Positions 1 through 11,000 of a DNA stretch of 64,000 nucleotides are shown piece by piece. The translations under genes were made by a program, and so were the position numbers. Where the stretch lies: contig NC_059426.1 of NCBI RefSeq assembly GCF_021028975.2, positions 79,298,001 through 79,362,000 on the forward strand. Direction: 5' to 3'. How positions within the stretch are numbered: the stretch's first letter is position 1; each line of letters starts with the position of its first letter. A model generated the notes under the pieces. It had not been told where the DNA came from. It did no database searches and saw only the letters and a list, made by a program, of their open reading frames with translations. The stretch is from Sphaerodactylus townsendi (Eukaryota).

Positions 1-64
1 CCCAGAGCCCTCAGGGGATGGGGCGGTATACAAATGTAATTATAAATAAATAAAATAAATAAAA
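1..64 (+). mobile_element. L2-type LINE 3' terminus with AATAA tail
   Basis: cccagagccc...gggcggtata...aataaataaaataa; same terminus as the L2 ending near 41757. Confidence 0.7.
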
Positions 65-363
65 TTTACCTTCAAAGGTTAAAAAAATCAGGATTTTGGA
101 AACCTTGAAAGCAGAAGAATTCCTTCACAAATACAAAAAGAATGTAAACGTATCAGAAGAAAAGTAACTATGGTCCTTTCCCCACTTAAAAAAATCGCTT
201 ACGCAAACCGTGCTCGTTTAAATCGCTGCTTCTCTTTTCCAAACTAAACACACAGATTATAATCAGGATTTTCTCTTCTTCCCTCAGGAGAATCCCTTTC
301 CTCTTTGGGTACTGACTGAATCAGAAGCCTCATTGCCTCTCCCCTTCTGTCTGTGTTAAACTG

Positions 364-402
364 CAATGAGGGAACACAATGAGGGAACACAATGAGGGAA
401 CA
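364..402. repeat. 13-bp tandem repeat (caatgagggaaca)x3
   Basis: three exact units read directly. Confidence 0.9.
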
Positions 403-624
403 ATCCCCTCAGAAAGCAAAGCTTTCAACCAAGAGTACAGAGTTAATCAATCTCTGCCTCTCCAAAAACTCTCCTTCAGCTGACTTTTCTATTCAAATTA
501 ACTCCCACTGATCCAGCCAGTCAGAAGTGATGTCTCACTCTCTATATTATTAAATGTTTATGTTCAGGTTGGTTCTGCTTAGTTACACTTTAGCAAAGTC
601 CTGGAATCCATCATATTTATTTGA

Positions 625-1478
625 CTTCACATACACACTACAGGGGTCAGTGCTATCAGTCACAAACCAGGAAAGGGATTTAGGCGTCTTAGTTGATAGT
701 TCCATGGGAATGTCAACTCAATGCATGGCAGCTGTAAAAAAGGCAAACTCTATGTTGGGGAGCATTAGAAAAGGAATTGATAATAAAACTGCAAAGATTG
801 TCATGTCTTTATATAAAGCAGTGGTGCGACCGCACTTGGAGTACTGTGTCCAGTTCTGGTCGCCCCATCTCAAAAAGGATATTGAGGAGATAGAAAAAGT
901 GCAGAGAAGGGCAACAAGGATGATTGAGGGACTGGAGCACCTTCCCTATGAGGAGAGGCTGCAGTGTTTGGGACTCTTTAGTTTGGAGAGGAGGCGGCTG
1001 AGGGTGGATATGATTGAAGTCTACAAAATTATGCATGTGGTAGAAAATGTTGACAGAGAGAAATTTTTCTCTCTTTCTCACAATGCTAGAACCAGGGGGC
1101 GTACATTGAAAATGCTGGGGGGAAGAATTAGAACTAATAAAAGGAAACACTTCTTCACGCAACGTGTGATTGGTGTTTGGAATATGCTGCCACAGGAGGT
1201 GGTGATGGCCACTAACCTGGATAGCTTTAAAGGGGGCTTGGACAGATTTATGGAGGAGAAGTCGATTTATGGCTACCAATCTTGATCCTCCTTGATCTGA
1301 GATTGCAAATGCCTCAACAGACCAGGTAATCGGGAGCAACAGCCGCAGAAGGCCATTGCGTTCACATCCTACATGTGAGCTCCCCAAGGCACCTGGTGGG
1401 CCACTGCGAGTAGCAGAGAGCTGGACTAGATGGACTTGGTCTGATCCAGCTGGCTTGTTCTTATGTTCTTACGTTCTA
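625..1478 (+). mobile_element. CR1 LINE, 5'-truncated (ORF2 C-terminus + 3'UTR)
   Basis: ORF 554-1285 has CR1 motifs ERDLGVLVD, RPHLEYCVQFWSP, EKVQRRATRMI, FFTQRVIGVWN; ends in a ttcttatg-type tail near 1458-1478. Confidence 0.93.
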
Positions 1479-1933
1479 TCAGGCACCAAAAGAGAGAGAG
1501 AGAGATCTGAAGCTCTATATCTGTGGAGGTCTGAGGGAAAGTCTGAATCCCTGAGCAGATTTTCAAGCATTTGGGCAGTAAATGATCTAAAATATATCTA
1601 AAATACATCAAATAATCTAATCTAAATAAGCAAGAATGGAGGACATTTCAGAGGGTGATCAAGCTCCACAGCTGGACAAACATGGGTGATTAGAAGCCAA
1701 TTAAATCTTGTTAAACTTTAGTGTCAGGTTATGGCCCTAGTTATTAGACAGGTAACCAGATTCAGAAACAAAATATAATTTTCTTCCAGACTTGGGAAGA
1801 GGTAAAGTACTTTATATTTAAGGTGTATTGGAGCTCTTGCTTTTAAAAGTGTCGTAAAAAAATAAATTGATAAAAAGCAGATTCAATATAGCACTGGGAA
1901 AATCTTCAGTGTCACAATTTTTGGTTTTGTTAG

Positions 1934-2090
1934 GTCAACCCTACATCCTATTATGAGGCCTGTGTGACTGATTTCTGTGGTTGTGACAGTGGGGGAGACT
2001 CTGAGTGCTTTTGTACAGCAGTAGCTGCATATTCTTGGAGCTGCAGAACTGCTGGTGTCTGCATCGACTGGCGAACTCCAACAGCTTGTC
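1934..2090 (+). CDS. mucin exon A, C8-3 domain (VNPTSYYEACVTDFCGCDSGGDSECFCTAVAAYSWSCRTAGVCIDWRTPTAC)
   Basis: ttttgttag|GTC ... TGTC|gtaagt; 157 nt, phase 0 to 1; C8 motif WRTP..C. Confidence 0.95.
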
Positions 2091-5000
2091 GTAAGTATTC
2101 ACAAAAGAAATTTATGTTCAGAGGATGACTGAACACATAAAAGCAGAGCATTTAAAGCTTCTGGGTTCGACTCTTGAAAGACTACTTCCTCCTGTATTAT
2201 CCACTTTTCCCCTTAAACCAGCATGGTGTAATGGTTAAGAGCAGGTGGACTCTAATCTGGAGAACCAGGTTTGATTCCCCACTCCTCTGCATTAGCAGCA
2301 GAGTTTTATCTGGTGAAACAAATTTGTTTCCCCACTCCTACATTCCTGTTGAGTGACCTTGGGTTAGTCACAGTTCTCTCAGGTTTCTCTCAGCCATACC
2401 TACCTCACAATGGCCCCTTCCGCACACGCAAAATAATGCGTTTTCAAACCACTTTCACAACTGTTTGCAAGTGGATTTTGCCATTCCGCACAGCTTCAAA
2501 GAGCACTGAAAGCAGTTTGAAAGTGCATTATTCTGCATGTGCGGAATGAGCCAATGTTTCGGTTATGGAAATAGGAATTTGTAAGTCCCTTTGAGTCTTC
2601 TTACAGGAGAGAAAGGGGGTTATAAATCCAGACGCTTCTTCTTCTTAAGATCTGCCTCACAAAACCAACTCTTTGTGTCCCTGCCTTCAGAGATGAGATT
2701 GATGATGACAAGAGATAGTGGCACCTTGCTTTTTCCCATCAGGCTTGCCTGGTGTTTACCCTGCTTTCTTTTAGGCACCAGGCTGAAACATTGCCGTTCA
2801 CCCAGGCTTTGAACTAAGGAATTGATTTTTTTTTTACACTACTTTAGTCTGGAAACTGTTATTTTAAGCTGTCAGTGGTCTATGGTCTGTTTTTAAATGG
2901 TTGGCTGGCTTTTTAATGCTGGATTTTAACTAATATCTCTTAAAGTTTTGTTTTTATTATTTTTATTTTGTAATCCACTTCAGATAAGTTTCTAGACAGG
3001 GGGCATAATTTAATTAAATCAGTAAATATAAGGGCAGTGTGCATGGTCCTCCTGAAATTAATGGCTGAGATGCTGTGGTATATGCGTAAACAAGGGCAAG
3101 CCAGCAAGAGGTAGGGAAGAAGGATCCAAGTGAGAACCAGTGTTGCAAGGTACCTCCTGGCAACTGACGGGGGTGGTGGGTAATTTAGGGCCTCTGGTAT
3201 CTAAAACATAATGATGTTATTCACAACATGCAGTGGAACTGGCATCATCATGTCGCTGGCAACCACAGAGATGCTCTGCTATTCGGGCAGAACTATAGTA
3301 GAAGCAGTTTTTTGCTCAAATACCAAACTGTCCTTGCAATCATCAGCGCTGCAATGATGTTTATGGTGCACGTTGTTTATGGTGCACGTTTGTTTATGGT
3401 GCACGTTGGAAATGATGTCATCCTTTTTTGATGCCAGAAGACTCAGAGTAAGTTTGCTGCCCTACATTCTCCCACTGACTGGCTGAACAGCACTAAGTGG
3501 CAGGGCACCAGAACAGGGGGTCCCCCGCCAACAGTGACCCTAGTGAGAACTCAGACTTTACCAATTATGTCTGTTATGTCTGATAATGCAGCTGTATTCT
3601 GTGACTACTTTAACTCACCCAACAAAAAGGAGTGGCATTATAAACCCTGTGGAGATGCTTGTTTAAGGACTTGCAGAAATTGTGCAGGAAGGTGTGGCAA
3701 TCTACCGTATAGTTTGGAAGGTAAGTCTTATTGAAGAGCTTGCACATGCATATCATATAAAACAGTCTAAAATGAAATACGTGTTTCTGCTATGATTTGA
3801 CAAATGCAAGCAGACCTTTTTATTTCCACACAGAAAATCTGGCAAAGGTCAGTTGCCTTGAAGGTTAAATTGACTGTGCAAATTATTAAAAAGCAGTGGA
3901 TTCGAACAGTATGTGTTGTAATTCAAAGCCCCAATAGTCTCACTTTCCCTTTTTCTACTTTATAATAGTCTTCCATAATTCTACACAATAATCACTCTAA
4001 CTACAGAACTTGCTCATCTGCCAACATTATAGGTGTGTTTGAAGCCTGATCCCATGTTAGACATGTGATCTGAAATATAGACCATTTCTAAATAGAGCAT
4101 AATGCAAATTGTGTTACAAGCTGTTGGAGGGCAAGAAGACCTTTCCTGAGTGGTGGTGTTCATGCTCAGTATCTTTCTTAAAATATCCTCTTGTCTGTAT
4201 AATATCTGTATGCCTGGTCAACAGCCACCTGGATTGTGGATATCTGGTAGGTTAGTTATGCACAAAGCAGATGAAATTCTTGTCTTGTGGAGAAATTGGG
4301 CACATGAGAAATTGTACACGTAATGTCATCTTATCTGTTAGTATATATTGAAACCAAGCCTCAGTCTTTGTAATCTCAGAATTCTCCCCCTTGTCTCTCT
4401 CTTTCTCTTTTCACCATCACTATGACAGCCATGAGCTTAAGTGCCAATGTGGATCTTTATTTTCAACAAAATAACCCCTGGGTTTCCAGAAGCTGAAGTA
4501 AAAAAATATGTTTACTCAGGATTATATTTATATAACCCAGTCTTTATATTTTCATCCCAAAATGTACTAGATAATTTATACTCTAATAAGGGTAGAAAAA
4601 TATTTGTTCTACAGTTCATACATTTTCCACTTTAGTGATTAATCTTTGTGTCAGAGAATATTATGTGTGAAATAGCCTGAGCTCAGCTTCACAATAGAAT
4701 TAAGAGGATCACTTTTACAGCAACAGATACATAAAAATAAATAGAAGCTTTAATTATTAGATTGGTTGTTTCACATTCTATTTTTCTGGCACCCACACAC
4801 TCAATGCATTCTTCCAATGCAAGTTGTATGCTTCCATCAGCAGAAAATCCTCTTGCAACAGAAGGATAACATTTGTGCTGAAAGTTGTAAGCCCTCTGAC
4901 CAATCCTATAAAATATATATATTTCTCACAGCAGTATATTTTCCTTTAAAAATCATATTGGCAAAAGCCAGTTGCCAAAAGCACTCCTATGGGTGTAGGT

Positions 5001-8000
5001 AGCCGCATGATCACCTGACCACAGCCAAAAGGTCAAAACTACTTTAACAAAAGCTAAGATAATGAGTTACCCCAGCATAAACCTGGAGGTCTCATTTGAG
5101 TAACTAGAATGCTTGATTACCTCACCTTGCAAAGATACTGTTAACAAAGAATATGGAAAGCCACCTCAGCATCAGATTCTGCATTTCCCTATCTCTTCTG
5201 GAAGCCAAGTAAGCAACAAAGGGTTGCTTCTCTGCATTTCCCTCCCTTTTGTCATGACTGTCCTAAAACCACTTACCTCATCCTGAATCAATCAAGCCTC
5301 ATTCAAATCTGAAGGCAGAGACTGTAAGAGTTACTTTGCCTAAAGCCAGTCTGTGCTTCCTGATATAATCTAGGACCAATTGACTCCCATTGTCCCGGGT
5401 TTAGCAGTAGACCAGCTGACTAATGACCTCAGCACCCCCAGACCCAGCACAGATGTGAAACGTAGTGTGATTGGTTCCTTTCCCATCAAGGAACAACCCA
5501 CCTTATAAAAGTTCAGTTTACCTGCAACATATTGCTCATTTGCCACATGTTCCTGTCTCTGTTGAGACATGAATTCGTCCTCCATTGGGTTCCTGTGCTG
5601 GCATGGAATCCCTGCCTTCTACTTCTACCCTCCTAAGAATCGTTAGGTAAAGTATTTCCCTGAAACCCCCCCTCCATTTCTATCTCCAATCTATATTTTT
5701 AACACCTTTCTATATCTTAGGAACTTGAATGTATGTGCCCTTGTGTCTTACTGGGTGTGTGTATTTTTAAACAAATTTATATAAAGCATTTAAATTCAAT
5801 TTGGACTCTTGCTTCTCTGTGGAATATCCATTGCTAGAATTCCTTCCCCGTAGATACAGTCTAAAAGATCTCCTCTCGGCCCCTCTCGCTGCCAACGTGA
5901 GTGTTCATTCCCCATTGATCTACTTGTAAAAACTATATGTGTGCTGTTACACTTTTTAGCAGCTGGTGGAGAATCCCTTTAATAAAACCCTTACTCCTGT
6001 TAAGGCCGTAACAAAGTTCATGCTGGGCACACAGGCAGAAACAGAATGGAATGCATAGCATCCATGCTGTCAGTATAATTTTATGGGCCGTGCAGTCTGA
6101 TACCATGATTATTCAGAAGGAAATCCAATTGAATTCAGTGAGGCTTTTTCTTAAGTACATGCATAGGAATGGAAAATTAACTACTTTCATATTTCTTTGA
6201 AAGAATATTCAGCTAATCTGACTTGAATTGAATTAGTACAACTTGAATTGAATTAATTTGACTGAGCTGAATGTTTTTCTATATGTTGTAATCCACCCTG
6301 GGTCTCAGTGAGAAAGATAGGCTATAAATAACCATTCCAGGACAAATTCTCTTTTAACTCATTCTTATGTGTATCCCTATTATTTTATATAGATTCCATA
6401 AAGTTTAAATTAGTGGATTGCAACATAGAGTCTTAGAAGGTCTTCCAAAGTTTAAAATCCAATTATATGTAATTATTACCTATTATGGTTGGTAGAAGCA
6501 ACATTCAGTACAGAATGGAAGGATCTAGCAAGAAGTGTCTGTCTTCTTATCTTTATTATAAGTCACTTCATATTTCATCAAGAGAAAGCTGTACTGTTAG
6601 AAATTTGTGTCCACTAGATGTAAAGGAGAATTATTCTTTGCTTGTTTCCAAAATAGGCTGCTATCCACAGTGCGGTGGTGATAAACCATATTATGATGAA
6701 GAAAAGAGAGAATGTGTCTCAGCATCCAAATGCACTTTGTGGTAAGTGACTTCTCTTGGTATAGATCCATGATCCCAAGTGTGCTGTGCATGGGGACTAT
6801 GCCCATCAATATTTTTTTTGGTGTCTATTTTCTTCTTTCCCAAAACATATTATCCCCAGATTAAAGTTAATCCTGGCTTTCATCCATCTCTTTGAAAGGT
6901 CCTTCAGAAGTGTCCAGGATTGATCCCCTATCTGTCTGCAGAGAGCAATCATATAAAAATATATTTTTCCAAGGTTAGCTTAGGTTCCCAATATTTGATC
7001 ATAGGACCCAGCCACCTTGGCAGCCATTTGATGTTTGGCTGTACCCCCCCCCCCGCCCCCCGACAACCATTAGATGCTGGTGCCCACTCAATGTTCTCAA
7101 ATTGGTAAAAGTGCCCACAGATTCATTAAGGTTGGGGACTCCTAGTATAGATTATTGTGTCATGAGCATACTTGGACTTTATTAGTCTGCAAAGGTGAGG
7201 TTTCCACCAGATTCTTCCAAGGGGTGGAGGAGGGGTGTTAGAGGAAGATTATTTTTATTGCATTTAAAATGTAGACACTGAATTATCAATGGTATTTTGT
7301 GTTTTATTTCCCCCCAGTGAGCCAGAGGAAAAACTGTCCTTGAAAGATTCCACTGGTAAGATTTACAGTGGCAGCTCCTTATTCATTATTATTGTAATAT
7401 ATAAAACATAGGATATTTAGAATCTGAGAGCTTGGAGACTTCTGTTGAAGTTTTGCCTCTCCATAGATTCAATTAAACTTCCACAGTCAAGTTGCTTCTT
7501 TTCAATTATCAAAGATGTCCTTCACAGAACACTGAATTTCGCTTGATGAAAAAAGCAGAAAAAGTCATCATAGTCCCCAAACCCCTAACTCAACTGTGAC
7601 CCATTACCATTTCAGTGACTGCACCAAAATGTCTGAGGCTGACGAAAATGGTGACATACTTTGCTTACATCCATGGATCAAAAAGTGTTCCTACAGTTCA
7701 GAAAATAAGACGAGGACTCACCTGGTAGCTGCTGGTTGCTGTCTAGGAGGGAGAGTAGAGGAGTGGACAGGGAGCCAAGGCAACCACATGATGCCCTTAG
7801 GGCAAACCATTGGCTGGTTGGTGCAAGCCATGCAGCCCTCAACCTCCTTGTTCATTGCAACTGGCCACTTTAGAAACCAAATAAGACTGCACATGATTTT
7901 AGCTTCCACCTCCAATTTTAAAAACCTCATGTGTCTGGGTAAACAAATAGAATTAGGTATAACACACAATGAAAATGGACATTCATTATTGTATCAATTA

Positions 8001-11000
8001 TGGTTTTGGTATGTGAACAGCTGAGAGTCAATTTGATAGGCTGCGCAAGAAAGTTAGAGGTTTGAACCTACTAACATGAAGTGAAAGGTCTTTCCTTCAT
8101 TCCTCTTTTAGCAGCATTCTGTTTTACCAAAAAACTTACGCTGAGAGTCAGGAGACCCTTATCAGCATAGGAACAGGTGGCTACAGCAAGGAGAGGGAAG
8201 TAGATGAAATTTTCTTGTGTGAATGGAAGTGCCCAGTTATCCACCAGTTATGTTCTGTTGGTCATCATCTTCTGTTCATCACCTCACCCTATTTGCCCGG
8301 GACAGCCACTGTTCCTCCCCTTAACCTACCTACAGAGATATGAGATAGAATGAAGAAGGAATACCATACGTGTCATTCTGTCCTCCTAGGAGGAAGGGTG
8401 AGATAAATGTGTACTAGACAGATAAATAGATGTGTTAGTTTTAGGCCACCACAGAATGCTCAGTGGTGTTTGTAATGCACAATGTGGGGAGGGAATGTGA
8501 CTCTAGTTATAGAGATACATTAGCTCTATATAGAATGATTGGACCCCACCAATCTATTTCATAAGCACTTTCCACCAGTCATGGAGCCTTCACCCAGACA
8601 AGCCTTCTGTGGCGGGGAAGTCTGGAGGAAGGCACCACAGCTAGTGGAATGAATCCATAGGATCCAACACAGTCTCTTTTGCCATTTAATTGGGCTTCCA
8701 TGTGAAAAACAAATAATCCCTTTGTGGAGCATCCAGGTAAGTATTGCATGACTTGAATTCTTGGCCACGGCATATGCTTAAGGAAGAGTTATGATGTAGG
8801 TTCATTCTGCTAGGAGCTGCTGCTTCTCTATTTATTACACTGAGGTTTAAACTGGATAGTTTCTAATTCTGTTTCTAATTCTTTTAGGAAATAAAGCAGT
8901 GCTTCCCACAACCTTACCAGCAACAACAAAAATTACAGTTGCCCCTTGCTACTGTAGTGTAAATGGAAAGCTGATAACTAGTGGTAAGAAAGTTACATTT
9001 GAAATTTATTTCTTAAATGATGCATAATGGATTAGATCCAGAGTAAACTTTCCCATGGGTATAAGGTCTTTCACCTATGGAGTGGGATTTCCCCATCATT
9101 CCCCCATCATTCCCCAACCCCCATAACACCCCCAAATATCTCCAAATTCTATTTCTGGGGAAGAGACCCCCAGAAACAGGACTTGGGTTCATATTTTGTG
9201 TTGCTTTGGAAGGAAAGAAGTGGGATCGTTGTATTCTGTGGGCCATCAGGAAATGTTAGTCTGGACCTAAGCCATATTCTCTATAGATACTATTTATTAA
9301 ATAACAATTCCAAATTGCAGCTACACTTAATTGATTTTTAAAAAATAATCATCACTCATTAGTGTAGGGGTTCCCAGTGTGATGTCTGTGGGTGCCATGG
9401 CACCCCCCAAAACCTTTCCAAGTGCCTGTCAAGTGATTTAGAAAGTGAGAGAGAGTGCTGATTGGTTGTTGTAGATTCGATCGGATGTACAGATTTTTTT
9501 GTAAATGTTGCTTTTGCAGCAGCTGCTACCACAACCAAGGATTTTCACTCTCTGACTAAATGTAAGCTGTGGCAGCCGTTTTAACTGTCCACCCAACATT
9601 GTCAGAATCCCAAAGGTGCCTCCAGACTGAAAACAGTTTTGTACCTCTGAATTTGTATATCTATGCATTTATAGGTACAGTGGTCCCTGGTTAGTATTTC
9701 AGAAAAATATTTAGATGCATACTTATAAATTGCACCAAAAATGCATGTATTAGACTATTTGCTTGTTGAACAAATTGTATCTCTCTCAACTTGTGTGTGT
9801 ATATTGAGCCCAGGGACAAAATCTAGCTGTTTCTATTTATAGATGGCATGGGTAAATAGCTTCTTAAAAGTTGGATAACATGCAAGACTCATGTATGTGT
9901 TTACTAACTATTTTTCTGGATTTTTAGGCAGTAGTGAGTTTGTGACAATGGATACTTCAGATTGGTGTATTTATGCCTTTTGTAATATGTCATGCCAAAT
10001 TGAATTCAGCTATGGAGAATGTTCCTTTACCACCATCACCACTAGCAAACCTTTCATGACCTCCAGCAGCCCTTGTAAGGGAAATTTTTGGAACTGTCAG
10101 AGTAATCCTCCTCCCTATGCAATAATAACATCTGATTCCACACTTACTTCTGTGAGCGGTTGCACAAATCTCAACCCTCCTAGAAAGGTGAGCAAATAAC
10201 ATTACTGAATGTATAAGTACAATGGAACAATATTGTGAGTGCCCTTTTGCTGGCCACCCCTGCAGGGTAGGCCTCCTTGGCTACCCTTCTGGAACACGAC
10301 TCTGGCTTCTGTTCATAAGCTCTTTACTTCTGTCAGGTAGTTAACAGCACTCCTGCAAGCTTGAGCTCCTATACTACACCAGCATCCTCCCTCTTGCCCT
10401 GCCTCTCCTTTATCCCTTTCAGGAGATTCCCTCCCTCCTGGTAGCCCCATGGTCCAGCCTGCTAGTGGCTGGTGAGCTGTCTGTCTTGCCTTGCTGCCAT
10501 GAGACTGGCTCTTCAGCCTTCCTGCCCTTCCTCCTTGATTGCAGCCTGGCTGAACCTGTGACAGTTGACCCCGCTGCACTCTCTAAGGCTGCTGATTGCA
10601 GCTTGTCTCAGGCTGTGTGCCTCCATCCCATTCCCTGGAACTTCAGAGGCTTGCTCTTGTTTCTTAGGCTCCCCTTTCATTTCTCTGCTGTTTCTTCTTA
10701 CTGCTGGCTTCCTGGAGGTCCCTACTCCTTGTAGTAAATCTAGGGGTGGAGCTGTCAGTTGTGGGGTGCTCCAGGGTCCCTGGGTAGGCATTTGTAACAA
10801 GGAGGGGGTAAAACAGGCTGCTGGATGCTGGGAGGCAGCCCTGACCCTGGACAAATTTTGAAAATGTGTATAAGTTTGTGTGCCCCTTGTCTGGACTAAA
10901 AAAAAGATATAAATAAATAAATGTTGCTGCCACAGGCCATAACAAACTTACAAGACAATGCCCCCATTGAAAACACAATACAAGAGTGCTGCTGTTAAAA

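Noticed and set aside
809-1387. 192-aa - strand ORF
   Set aside because: Antisense shadow of the CR1 ORF2 fragment.
7596-8024. 142-aa ORF in the D-E intron as the candidate missing exon
   Set aside because: No recognisable mucin Cys pattern and no phase-compatible splice pair that I could support.
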